A DNA stretch of 64,000 bases from Amphiscolops sp. MND2022 (lineage: Eukaryota): positions 94,056,001-94,120,000 of the forward strand of contig OZ076409.1 in the NCBI GenBank assembly GCA_964187785.1, given 5' to 3'. The position numbers were made by a program, and so were the translations under genes. Shown here in pieces: positions 37,701 to 47,703 of this stretch. The notes under the pieces are model-generated. The model did not search any database. It had not been told where the DNA came from and worked only from the letters and a program-made list of their open reading frames with translations. Every line of letters begins with the position of its first letter. The first letter of the stretch is position 1.

Positions 37701-39637
37701 CGTCGATACGCAAAAGTTCGGCTAGCGAAGTTAAAGGCCAACATCTGAATTGATTGGTAATCTGCCATCTGAAGGCAGTGGTACGCTTGTGAACAGTCAA
37801 GTTTACAGAATAATTTCTTTCCGGCCATATGTTGGGCTGCATCGGATAGTGTACTGACTGGGTGATTGTTAATTACGTAGTCTTCAGAGATGAGATTATT
37901 TATCTTGCGCAAATCAACTAAGAGTCGCAAACGACCATTAGGTTTTCGTTGTGCAAAAATTGGACTTGCGTATTTAGAGAACGGTAGAGTTATTATACCA
38001 TATTCGTGAAGTAGGGCAAGTTCTACCGTGATGTCGTCTTTTAGGTTGATCGGAGTTGGAAGACTTTTACTATATGCTGGTCGATCATCAATTGGTGTGA
38101 GTTTGACTTTGAATTCTCTATTTGTCCCGATGTCAAACCGGTGTCTGGCAAAAATATCATGAAATTCAACCAGCAGTTCTTCCACCTTTTGTCGTTCAAA
38201 CAGTGTGAGTGTTGTGTCACTCCAGTCGAAATTGTCAAGAAATGTTTTGCGTGATTTTTCGTCGTCTTGTGGGTTGAGTTTTTCTAGTGTTTGAAGTTCC
38301 ACTAGTTCGTCAAATATTCGTTTCTGAATGGGTGTGTATGTTGTGGGGTCTCCAGGTTGTTCCGGTGTTGGAAACCAGTATTGTTCCGTTTTGTCTTCTT
38401 TGTCGTTTACTTTTAGAAGTTCATTGAGGTATACGTCCGTAACTTCAGTATGTTGGTGCATGATGAATGTTAGCAGTGAAGGGTTAATTGGTTTGATGTG
38501 TTTCAATTGTTCTGGAGTTAAGACTCGAAAGTCGGCTAGATGTGTGTCTGTTGTGATCGTATTTGGGAGTTCTGAGAAGTTACAGATCTGGTATCCGACT
38601 GCGTTATTGTTGACTGTGCAGAGGGAAGATACTAGGAAAAGTGTGTCATGATCCTCAAGGTGCGTAGATGGCGTTACTATGCCTGTTGCGTCATGATCAA
38701 TTAAATGCGGCATTCTGCTTGCGATGAGCATTGTTTCACCTGGTTGCAGTGTGTATGTTGCTTCTGCAAGTAGTGGTGTTGATTGTCGTGTTGGAAGACT
38801 GTGTTCTGGTTTCAGTTGCATTGATAAATGTGGAAAAGTCAAAATTCCTTGTCGGATGTCGAAAATGGCATTGTTCCCTTTTAAAAAACAAAGTCCGATT
38901 AGAGGATTCGGTAAAATTTTCATGACGATGAAATTTTCTTTAAACATAAAATCTGCCACTTCGAATGTTAGGCAGACTGTTCCGATTGGTGTTTCCAATT
39001 GTCCGTTTGCTACCATTATTTGAAAATTGGGTGCGGGACCTGTGTCTGTTATTGCTTCTGGTGCAAGAAGTTTGATTTTATTTAGGTCTTGTTCCGATAT
39101 TGCGCTCGTGAGAGCTCCGGTATCAATTAGACCGTCGAGTGTAAGTTTTTCAAAATCCATTGGAACATAATACATATGTCGCTTGCTTTTTAGCGTCAGG
39201 TTGGTTGATAAAAGAAGCATTGGTATATCTGTGTCTTTATTAATCGTAAGATGATTTTGAATTTCATCATCTATGAGTGGTTGTTTTTGTATTGATGCAG
39301 GTTCGGTTGGTACTACAGGTGAGTCTTGTGTTTGGAGAGGTTCAAAATTGTTTTTCGGAAGAGGTTCTGGTAAATTTTGTGGTGAGGTTTCGGGTGCAGA
39401 TTCAAACAGGATTTCTGGTGTTTTTTCGTTACTTATGTCAAGATTTGTGGCTATGTATCTGTCAGGGGCGTCTCTGTATATTTCATACAAGTCGTCCTCT
39501 GATTCGTTTTGTTGAGTTCCTTGAGTCTGAGAGTCAGTGTGTTGTGTGAAAGTGTTTGTTTTTATTGAGTGAGGAGTTGGATGCTGCCAGTCCTCTTTCT
39601 CCTCTGGTTTTGTAGGGCGTGGCTTTATTAGTTTAAA
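34721..39637 (-). CDS. pol: Gypsy Pol polyprotein (protease, RT, RNase H, integrase), expressed by -1 frameshift from gag
   Basis: LIDTGA protease; YASPIF..LRLLVDLRKIN, QGL and QYVDD RT; SDA / KEFLAI / FTDNRA RNase H; HGHNANHPG..CQMC, D-D-E core and WIGPY integrase. The frame is open from the slippery site through the listed ORF 34721..39490. Confidence 0.97.
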   Translation of the reverse strand, partial: FKLIKPRPTKPEEKEDWQHPTPHSIKTNTFTQHTDSQTQGTQQNESEDDLYEIYRDAPDRYIATNLDISNEKTPEILFESAPETSPQNLPEPLPKNNFEPLQTQDSPVVPTEPASIQKQPLIDDEIQNHLTINKDTDIPMLLLSTNLTLKSKRHMYYVPMDFEKLTLDGLIDTGALTSAISEQDLNKIKLLAPEAITDTGPAPNFQIMVANGQLETPIGTVCLTFEVADFMFKENFIVMKILPNPLIGLCFLKGNNAIFDIRQGILTFPHLSMQLKPEHSLPTRQSTPLLAEATYTLQPGETMLIASRMPHLIDHDATGIVTPSTHLEDHDTLFLVSSLCTVNNNAVGYQICNFSELPNTITTDTHLADFRVLTPEQLKHIKPINPSLLTFIMHQHTEVTDVYLNELLKVNDKEDKTEQYWFPTPEQPGDPTTYTPIQKRIFDELVELQTLEKLNPQDDEKSRKTFLDNFDWSDTTLTLFERQKVEELLVEFHDIFARHRFDIGTNREFKVKLTPIDDRPAYSKSLPTPINLKDDITVELALLHEYGIITLPFSKYASPIFAQRKPNGRLRLLVDLRKINNLISEDYVINNHPVSTLSDAAQHMAGKKLFCKLDCSQAYHCLQMADYQSIQMLAFNFASRTFAYRRLAQGLSRSLSAFSSFIREYLDTLIKADQCAQYVDDIGISANTVLQLCINIRVVFECIRNAGLKLSMSKCHFGVKQVDFLRRTITPEGVSPQVDKVKDFLTKLKFPKSKKGLQRYIGFLNYYRNYIPRFSERLTPFFKLLKETNKFYISTELTSNFEQLNNLLLQSCQMALKQPLKDKQLIVMSDANFTAAGYAIMIEDDPQQKLQSKRKTYAPIAFGSKTFNPAQLKMSIYAKEFLAIFFAFSEFGHLMWGSTFPVIVFTDNRAVTRFFQTKIIPPALWNACDYVLQYNFVIAHVAGAMNTAVDFLSRTEINPKEKLEMNLRNDIQTKAIEVNIQSSGIAEEEQIYVHPDDENDEKTLWEQKDNIRNQAQTETHNEPENEITELQNFHKPTAGTIDYREGHFRDNAKIRLEQNNDPVLRNLRAKKEGEPFDESAFTQDNRYQHYLQNIPRIETRQDILVRKYYNDIGQISHYQILLPKQLLEEFLQALHGHNANHPGITKMIQEARQKYYYPCLAKHIKNWVQKCQMCIQNKRINNDLLKTELLNYPEWDLGPEDILQMDILPNLPPSRGFDNIITAIDVFSRCLFAYPTTRITASTVARVIMDILCKHTYLPTTIITDMGTQFNSQITREVAAVLGVELKHASTKHAQTIGMLERTHATVKTHLKAATGEFRNHWHKFLPLAVLNHNTTYHASLGCEPTRVFHGRIPHNILDYKLGYNPNPRYTPQTDIAEEIQRRMDILNDQTKKNIMQSYLKYKAFYDRKAKAAPLTTTDYCYILNPKADTQATKIPFREFRWIGPYKVEKVLPNNNYNVRRLGTNKTQLLHRICLSKFTPSAPLADNFVRKTDWQKDDNIIVTHDDLYAHTWDTNFGTDPFETELPDNEQDDIQEYIPINHPPSLEISKNSGGAPVEQTTVPNIETLPENAENEIDINDNQQDLQPNPTIDAEKSPENTDGNQENDEVQKEITPTNTRGEKHNLRPNPNPNFSDSYRY

Positions 39638-41298
39638 TCCTTCGATGATGAAGGTTGTTGTCGGGGTGCTTTCGGGTTAATATGTTTGTTGGAATTTTTG
39701 TAATTTTCAATGAGTTTTTTCTGTGCTTCGGTTAGTGTCCACTTTGGAGGACGATTTTCCATATTTGCACCGAAGTAGCATGTTGGTTCTTCATGTCCTG
39801 GTGCGTTACAATGCGTACAGCGTGTGGCATCAGGGTCTTCTTCTAGCTTACGGCGTTTTGCTAGTTTAGCGCAGTCTGCTGCCTTGTGCCCAGTGTTTTT
39901 ACAATAACGGCATTGGTCATCTTGTAATGTATTGTTGGGCACTGTTTTTGGTGTTTGTTGTTTCTTTTTCGTTGTTGCAGTTTTCTGCTGCGTCGGTTTG
40001 TCTTCTGCTGTTTTGTTTATTACTGCCATTTGCGTTTTAACGCCAGTGTCTTCTGATTCGAGTCCGTTTAATTCCATCTCTCGTTCGAGATGTCGGACTA
40101 TTTGCTCGTATGTTCCATTCTCAAGATAGGCTTGGTTAATAGAACGTTTCAGGTGTGGTGGCATTTTTGCGTATAATAGACTTTCTATCATTTGTGATGC
40201 AATGTCACCGAAAGCTTTTTCGGCGCTTTCCTGTAATTCTTCTAGGAAGTCTGGTAGTTTCTGGCGTTCCGGGTCAAAAACCAAGCGATGAAATCTATGT
40301 TTTGCTGACGCGCTAGATTCGGGCTTGACATATTTTCTCCGGAACACTACCAGTATGTCTTCAAGCGTAGTTGTTGGTGTTCGTTGGATGTTTTTGAATG
40401 TTTTCAATGCTAGTCCACGCAAATGTGCGTGAAAATGGTTTATTTTCATTTCCTCGGTTGATGCGGGTTGCATTCTGAGTGTTGTGTGGAAAAGATCTTC
40501 GAAATATTCGAATTTTTCATTCTTTTCCAACTTCCCGTTAAAAGTGAGTGTGTTTTTTGGATGAAAGAGTGATGGTTGTGAATTACGACTCGCTAATTTC
40601 TCAATAGCCATAGCTATTTGGTTAACGGGGTCTTGCTGAATGTTGAGTGGTTCAGCAATCAGATGTTCATTGTGTGTTGTCGTTGTGTTGTTTGAGCTTT
40701 GACGATGAAGTGGTTTGGTAGCTCCTGTCACCATGTGATAATCCTCTTGTGTGCGGTCCTCATTAATGACCACAGAGTCATTTAAATCGATGTTTTGTAT
40801 GCTCAAAGGTTGCATTGGCGTTCTTAGTTCGTTTAAATTAGATGGCCTAAAAGGATTACCCTGTATCTCGCATTTTTGATTTTCTGGTCCAGATGAGTTT
40901 TCTTCACCGTCTTCATTACTTATGTGTTTTGAGGTTCCTGCTCTGAGAGTGTTTTGTTCTCGATATCTTCTGTTTGGTACGAATTGTGTTCTTCTGTTAT
41001 TTTTCATCTCTTTCAGTATTTTCTCTAATTTTTCATCCATTTCTTTTCTTAAGTTTGTTACTTCTTTGTTCGTTTTATCTGTTATCCTTTGGGTCCAAAT
41101 TTGCATTTCGTTTTCATTTTGTGTTCCGCTGTCTAGGGCTATTTCTTCGTCCCTAACCGAACTAACATTTCCAAAATTACTTAAAGTCTCAATAACAGTT
41201 TCATTACCTTGTGATGTCTCTATTTCTGATGCACTCAATTCTCTCTCAAGTGAGGGTGATTATCCTCGTCTAGATCTCCTATTTCTCTTGTTTCCCAT
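39628..41298 (-). CDS. gag: Gag (556 codons from ATG 41298), with a premature TAA at codon 13 in this copy
   Basis: Capsid-like region (FNGKLEKNEKFEYFEDLF..HFHAHLRGLALKTF) and two CCHC knuckles, CRYCKNTGHKAADC and CTHCNAPGHEEPTC. The 3' LTR copy has CAA (27086-88) where the 5' LTR has TAA (41260-62). Confidence 0.92.
39631..39637 (-). other. -1 ribosomal frameshift slippery heptamer T TTA AAC
   Basis: Minus strand reads GAT TTA AAC TAA at the end of gag. Pol is in the -1 frame and open from here. Confidence 0.85.
40722..40733 (-). other. Primer-binding site TGGTGACAGGAG directly after the 5' LTR
   Basis: Begins with TGG, complementary to tRNA CCA, immediately after the LTR-terminal CA. The tRNA identity (possibly Leu) is not established. 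Confidence 0.7.
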
Positions 41299-42249
41299 TT
41301 CGGTCAGATTAAAATGCAATGTTGGAGAGAAGAATTTTAATAAGGTTTGAGAAACAAAGTGAAATCGGGTTGAAATGAGATTGAAGAAAATGTTCATAAC
41401 GTTGAATTATCGAAGTTGAAAACAAAGGTCGTGAAGGTAAAAAGAGAGGTCTGATCAGTCTGGGAGTTTTCCGTCGAATGAATATTATCGGGTTCCTTAC
41501 TCTCCTTTTTAATTTGGGCTATATTTAGCAGCATGACAGCCAATTTTTAGGAAATCATCATTACATCATTTTATGTAATGGCTAAAAATAGCACTCCATT
41601 ATTTTCCAAAATTATATAAACAGATTCTTACATGACACAATTATCTATTAATAGTATCTTGCATGACGAATAATTCTCTATGATTGGTTAACACGCAAAC
41701 TGCATCAATCCGTTTATCGTTAATGGGAAGAACGTGACAAACCGTAGTATGACTCATATGTAATGCAAATATTGGTTTCAACATAATGTAGCACGTATGA
41801 TTAAGTCAACGTAATGAGTCATACCTCTAAAAGTTATAATCGAAAAGTTGAAAAATGCAATATTGTACTGCAATATGCTGCAAATTTAGTACGGCGGATT
41901 AATTCTAATGTCAAAGTCCATACGTACTAATGCATCATACAAATCACGTATAATTTATTCATTTCACTACAAATCATGTTGAAATGAATATTTGCGGTAT
42001 TATACATCAAATATGTTGATACCTTGTAACATTTAGTGAATTGTTTATGAATGGGTAATAATTTGCGATCACAGTTAACTATAATGACAAACAAATTTAA
42101 ATGATGCTGGTGTATAAGAGTCATATATGAATGCATGTAAAACAAGCTTCAAGAAGTAATGAGTTTTCTCCAGTTTGAAATAATAGATGGCCAGGTCATT
42201 TGCCTCTATCGTTGCTCCACGGGTCCAGCACAAGCTCTAGGCTGTGACA
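40734..42249 (-). repeat. 5' LTR (1516 bp)
   Basis: Matches 26560-28064. It is followed by the PBS on the minus strand and flanked by the TCAAG TSD. Confidence 0.96.
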
Positions 42250-42493
42250 TCAAGAGTCAGTAAAATGGTCAAATCTTGAAATACCGGGTATTTTCTGAAA
42301 TTGTGCTGACGTTTTGAGGTATTACACTTTCGTTTTTGGCTGCGAGTGGTGGTTTTGGATTCGAGCGGTGTTTTATCTTTCTTCTGATTCAGTCAACCTG
42401 GTATACGATGCCTCAATGCTTCCAGCTCGATTTAGTTTGCGTGGTGATTTAGGTGGTTTGTTTTTCTCACCTTTGACTTTGCGATGACTTTGT

Positions 42494-42715
42494 TGAGATC
42501 CCTGGTTTCGTGTCGCCGTCTTTGCGTTACGGGGATCTATCTCTACAGTGCCAATAGTTTTTTTTTCAATTATGCTATATTCATTTTGCGCTGGCATAGT
42601 TGCGATCCCTGGTTCGGTGTCCCCATCTTTGCGTAACGGGATAGGGTTGATCTCTACTGTGTCAGTAGTTTTGTTTTTCTCAACTTTGCTAGAGTGGCTT
42701 TGCGCTGACGTTGCA
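42494..42715. repeat. Degenerate ~110-bp tandem duplication
   Basis: TG(A/C)GATCCCTGGTT..GTGTC.CC.TCTTTGCGT..ATCTCTAC.GTG.CA.TAGTTTT occurs at ~42494 and ~42601. Confidence 0.6.
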
Positions 42716-43622
42716 CGGCACCTTTAAAGAGAAAAAAATATTGTTTCGTTTCTGATTTTTTTTCGGCTAATAACAACAAAAGCTAAGACCACAGCTGTCA
42801 TATTATTAACAAACTTATTAGCAACGATATTTTTTTTACGTTTTTAACACTTCATTTATAACGTGTTCTCAACAGATAACAACGATTGTGTTATTTCAAG
42901 ATAATTGGTATGCCTCGAAAAAAGCTCGTGTAGTCCCATTTCAAGGAAAAGGACTAAACGGGCAACGTGCGAAGAATGGACTTTCCATGTTCGCGTTTAC
43001 ACTTCTGATGCCGTTGTTTTCTAAACATGGACAAATTGATTTCTTCAGCGTAAATGATGTAAGAGGAAAAAACCGTTCGAAATTCTCAGAATAATATAAA
43101 CGAAATCACACCAACAACATTGAACGTGAGGCGTAATGGAACTGCGTTATCGTTTCCTCCTGCACTCTTTGTTACAATCTAGGTTAGATCCTAAGCTGCC
43201 ACCGTTTTCATAGCGTAGAACTTTCTTGCTAGGGGTTGCGTCCTTAAAGGTATCAGTAGAGTATTCAAGACTTTCCTTGTTGTTACGTCTCAGTTCTTCT
43301 AACAAAATTTTTTAAATTGTGCAAACAGGGTCTTTATCTCAGCACACATTTTTCCCAGTGTGATTCTTTTTGGTTCTTGTCTGTTCCGTGAGATGGTCTT
43401 GAAGTATGACGTCCAGGTCCCCTAAGTCAACAGTGTTAACTTGTAAAGTAATTTCACTAAAGTGACACACGTTTTCTTCTGATTGTAACCTTTTGTAAGA
43501 TTTATTTAAAATGTTGGATTTAACTTTTAAATTTTCAAGCAAACTTGCGAAAGGTATAAACAGAATGTATCGTCATTTGTTTGAGCGAATCTTAGACGCG
43601 AGGAATGCGTATTCATTACAGG

Positions 43623-44086
43623 CAGAGGTGTAAAAAATTGTATTGTATTGCAACATATTGCAATAAACTACAATTAGTATATTTATTTAGTTGGAGCAAA
43701 AATACAATATATTTATTGAAATAAGGCAATTATTGCCAGAGCTCTACAATATTTTGCGCAAAAAATATTGCAAAATAGAAATAAATTTTCATTTAATATC
43801 CATTTTAAGCGGACTATAGAAAAGAAAGACTATTAGGAGAGAAATTCTCTAAGCTTTTCGCTTCCTATTAATTTCGAGAGTGTAGTCTTTCTTTATACAA
43901 ATAAACAACATTGGGATGTTTGCCTTGTAAATGATTGTTTCTTTGCCCAATAAAATATTTCACAATCTATTGTTTTTCTAAAATCTTGCAGAACAATATA
44001 TACAATATATTTATTGCTGAAATTGAATCGAACAATATATTTATATTTTGAAAAAATATATTTGAATACAATATTTCACACCCCTT
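43623..44086. mobile_element. hAT-type MITE
   Basis: TIRs CAGAGGTGTAAAAAATTGTATT / AATACAATATTTCACACCCCTT, perfect 8-bp TSD ATTACAGG (43615-22 and 44087-94), and AATATATTTATT / CAATATTG-like internal repeats. Confidence 0.85.
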
Positions 44087-45228
44087 ATTACAGGTTTCTG
44101 AATAGCTCCCAACAATATACAATCTGCAACCTAACAGAAAGACCACTCAATTTCGGATTTGAAACCGGAAGAGATTTCATTTTCATCGCAACTTCACAGC
44201 TAAGCCTCACAAAAGTTGGGGAAAGAACGACGCGGATTGTGCGATCAAATTAAATTACTATTCTCGAACTGTAGTTGAGATGAAGTTAATTTTTAGCCAC
44301 GATATCCTAGTAGTGATGATGAAGGAAAACAATGAGATATAGGTCATGCCCCAATAGCATGAGGAAGATACAGAAACTCTAGAAACTATTCATTTTATAC
44401 AAACTCCTTAAAGTACAAATCGTCATATAACGGTACTATAATGAATAGATTGCTAAACAGTGATCCTAAACAAGTGACTACCGGCCTATCCACTAGTCGA
44501 ACGCAGTTTATATTTTCAACAATTAATATTTCGATGCTACACCTAAATAGCAACACAATAACGACTGGAACTAAGAGTCGTCAACGGGTACATATACTGA
44601 AACCAATAGTTATGATCCTGTATTGTTTAAATATACATGCAATTATCACTGGGATCATCAGTCGTGAATGTCATATTTCATCAATTTGTCAAATCTCAAC
44701 CCAGTATTTAAACAAATATTCCCACATGTAAGACTGGAGTACTCAGTCATCGTTTTCATCTATCAGATACAGCTGTGTGGTTTATCAAGTTTCAATATGT
44801 ACACATTCGCGCCATTGCCTACATATTTAATCACAATTTATGACATCGAGTGCACTTACCATGACTACCGAAATATACGGATTTTAACTTAATCCCGCAG
44901 TAGAAAATGTAAAAGCAGGTGCTAAAGTCATTAAAGCGTAAAATAGTATTGAAATGGTTAGTGCATTAATTGGTTGCTATAACGACCGCTACTCGCGGTC
45001 GTCTCTTCAGTCAAAAATGAAAGTAGTGCTTAATTAACACCTGCAAAGTGCGAAGACGCTAGCAGGTGAAAGACATCTAAGCTGAAAACAGCCATTACGA
45101 CTTTTTCTACCTTGCTACACGGTTGCTGAAATATTAACAAAACATCAACGTCTCAACATACGATTTTACTTGTATTCCAACTTCAGTACTCCAAGAAAGT
45201 CTTGAAACTTCTCATACTTTTATCTTCC

Positions 45229-46090
45229 ATGGTGAATACAAGATCTCAGACTCGTGACAATAATACGTTAGAAAGCACAAGAATGAGCGATAGTGGAAGT
45301 GAAGCCAGTTTCCCCGAAGTCCTCACCAGGGAACGAATGATAGAGTTTGACAGTCATGATAATTTGAACCGACAAAACAACACTGGAAGGAACGTGATCG
45401 ACCGGTGGTTTATTGAAACGAATTGACAAATCGGAGAACTTACTGACCTAGTTTTGGCCCCTACTCAGCAGGTATCCTCTAATCCAAGAGACGGGAATGG
45501 ACTGAACATGGTGGAAACTAGTACCAACAGTCGTTCCCACATGGCGGCACGAGTTCCGAACATTCAACCATCGGGCTCACGAACAACTCCACCAAACGGG
45601 ACACCCAGAAATGATGACGTTTGCGCCCCACAACTGACTGATGTGAAGACAGAAATCCATCACCTAAGCAACTCCATGGGCGACACTATTACCCCAAAAA
45701 TTTTACAAACTCAAGTCCCGCTGTTCAATGGAGTCAGAGAAAAGTACATCGAGTTTGAGCATCTTTTTCTCAATCATCTGCGGCCGCATGCCGACAAATT
45801 GGCAGCAGAGCAGAAATTTAATTATTTCCAGAGTCTTCTGAGAGATGATGCCATTGAATTCTGACAAACTCTGATCATCACAACGGAAACCACTCTGAAA
45901 TATATACTTGCGGCTTTCAAGAAAGAGTACGCAAAAGAAGAGATCACAGAGGTCTCAAAATTCAAATTTGACCAAATCCGATATGAGCCAACCACAGAGT
46001 CATTTAGCACTTTTATTCGCAAGTTACGAGAAAGTAGCCAAAAACAAGCTTACAGAGACAAGGCACTGGAAATTGTCAAGACATTCAATG
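45229..46090 (+). pseudogene. Truncated gag of a second Gypsy family, with probable LTR end / PBS at 45540-45553
   Basis: MVNTRSQ start; VPLFNGVREKYIEFEHLFLNHLRP..NYFQSLLRDDAIEF*Q..FKKEYAKE..FDQIRYEP parallels the gag of the full element. CA|TGGCGGCACGAG lies inside the reading frame. Confidence 0.7.
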
Positions 46091-47534
46091 ACAAGTGAAA
46101 AAGTTCTCGCAATGGTTTAGGAGCAAAGTGTTCTTGAAGTAAACGTCAAAAGTAAGATAAGTAAGAAAGAAAGGTAAAAAGGGACAAACGATTAAAAAAC
46201 TTGTGCACTTACAGTAGGGAGCTCCGACTAAATCAACACGATTTCAACTGTTAGGGCAAATGAGTTCCGTGTTTGATTCTTTGGGTTTAGCAGCACTGTT
46301 CATTTTAATTTCAGAGAGAGATTCATATTATAGGCTCTACACTGAGGTTCGTAAATTCCGACTTACATGGAATTCTACTCATTGGATGTTGAAGTGATTA
46401 TGGAAGCTGCGTTGAATCAACAGGAGCTTTTTTGTACCACATCGTTTAAAGGTTCAATAGGTTCAATTGATTGAACGCAACGAATGTCGGATATTGATGA
46501 TGCAGTGTCTTGAAACTATGAATTCAACTGAGAAAACAGTTTTTTGGAAAACTTTGATTGTGTCAGGTGAACATGTGGAGAAGAACCTCAAAGTCAACGA
46601 ACCGGAATATGGGATGAAATTTCATTGCAGCAGAGAAAAAACGGAGCAAGCAACTGACAAAGATGACGATAAAACGGAATCTCTCAAAAAACAACGACAA
46701 CTGATGGCAAACTCAAAAAATTCGTAATAAAACTGGCACTCCTGTTCTATGAAAGTGTTTTTCGGGAGAAAACAGGGCCAGCGATGTTGGCGCCAGTCAT
46801 CGGTAGGCAAAAAAGATAATATGGAACACGCTGGTTGAGAAACGAAAACTTAAACTCTTAAAACAGTCTGGGTTCTCTCTACGACTTTTAGCCATAGAAC
46901 CATGAAACTTGGCACACATATGCAGATGATACCTAACACAAACACACCGACTAAGTTTCAAAGTCAGTCACTCATAACAACCTTTTTACCCCTCGCATGT
47001 GTGGTGTTCGAGGCCCTTCAGTCAAAATGTAAACGTTGTTATTTACTCCTATGACCTCCTTAGAATGTAACTCTGTTGAAACTTGCGAGCCCGCCTAAAC
47101 AACCTTCAACTCCCACACTATCGTTTGTTTACATAGTCAGAAACTTTAATAAATCACTCAAATGTCATTTATTTATTCCACATATTTCGACTTATAAATA
47201 CAGTAGAATTGTAGACCATTTTTAGACAGAAATTTTAACGACTGAATATCTGTAGTAAAGTTGGGTCTTTGGACCACTTATGTTCTAAATTCATTTATTC
47301 ACCTCCTTTCGACACTTTGCCAAAGACTTAGGTCGACTAAGGTAGTTACTCTCAACTTGTGGAGAGATGGACGTGTTAAGAGACAAGGAAGAAGTGCAAT
47401 TCAGGATCATTGGATCCCACTAAGTCAAGATACAGTCCTTTATTCTAAGATGCCAGCAGTGTTTGGTAACGATCCGCAGTACTGAATTCAGAGCGGCGTA
47501 ATGTTTGATCAAGTGAAGGGATCAAGCAGGGATC

Positions 47535-47543
47535 TAGAGATCT

Positions 47544-47597
<54 letters not shown>

Positions 47598-47619
47598 AGA
47601 GAGAGAGAGACAGACAGAC

Positions 47620-47684
<65 letters not shown>

Positions 47685-47703
47685 CAGAGACAGAGAGAGA
47701 GAG
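47535..47703. repeat. (GA)n / (GACA)n microsatellite
   Basis: Read directly from the sequence. Confidence 0.97.

Larger units (their letters stand above)
26560..42249 (-). mobile_element. Full-length 15.7-kb Ty3/Gypsy LTR retrotransposon with two extra cargo genes
   Basis: Two ~1.5-kb LTRs with TG..CA ends, 5-bp TSD TCAAG (26555-26559 and 42250-42254), PBS, gag, and pol in PR-RT-RH-IN order. Confidence 0.97.

Noticed and set aside
35040..39549. Plus-strand ORFs overlapping pol
   Set aside because: They are antisense shadows of the long pol frame with no independent features.
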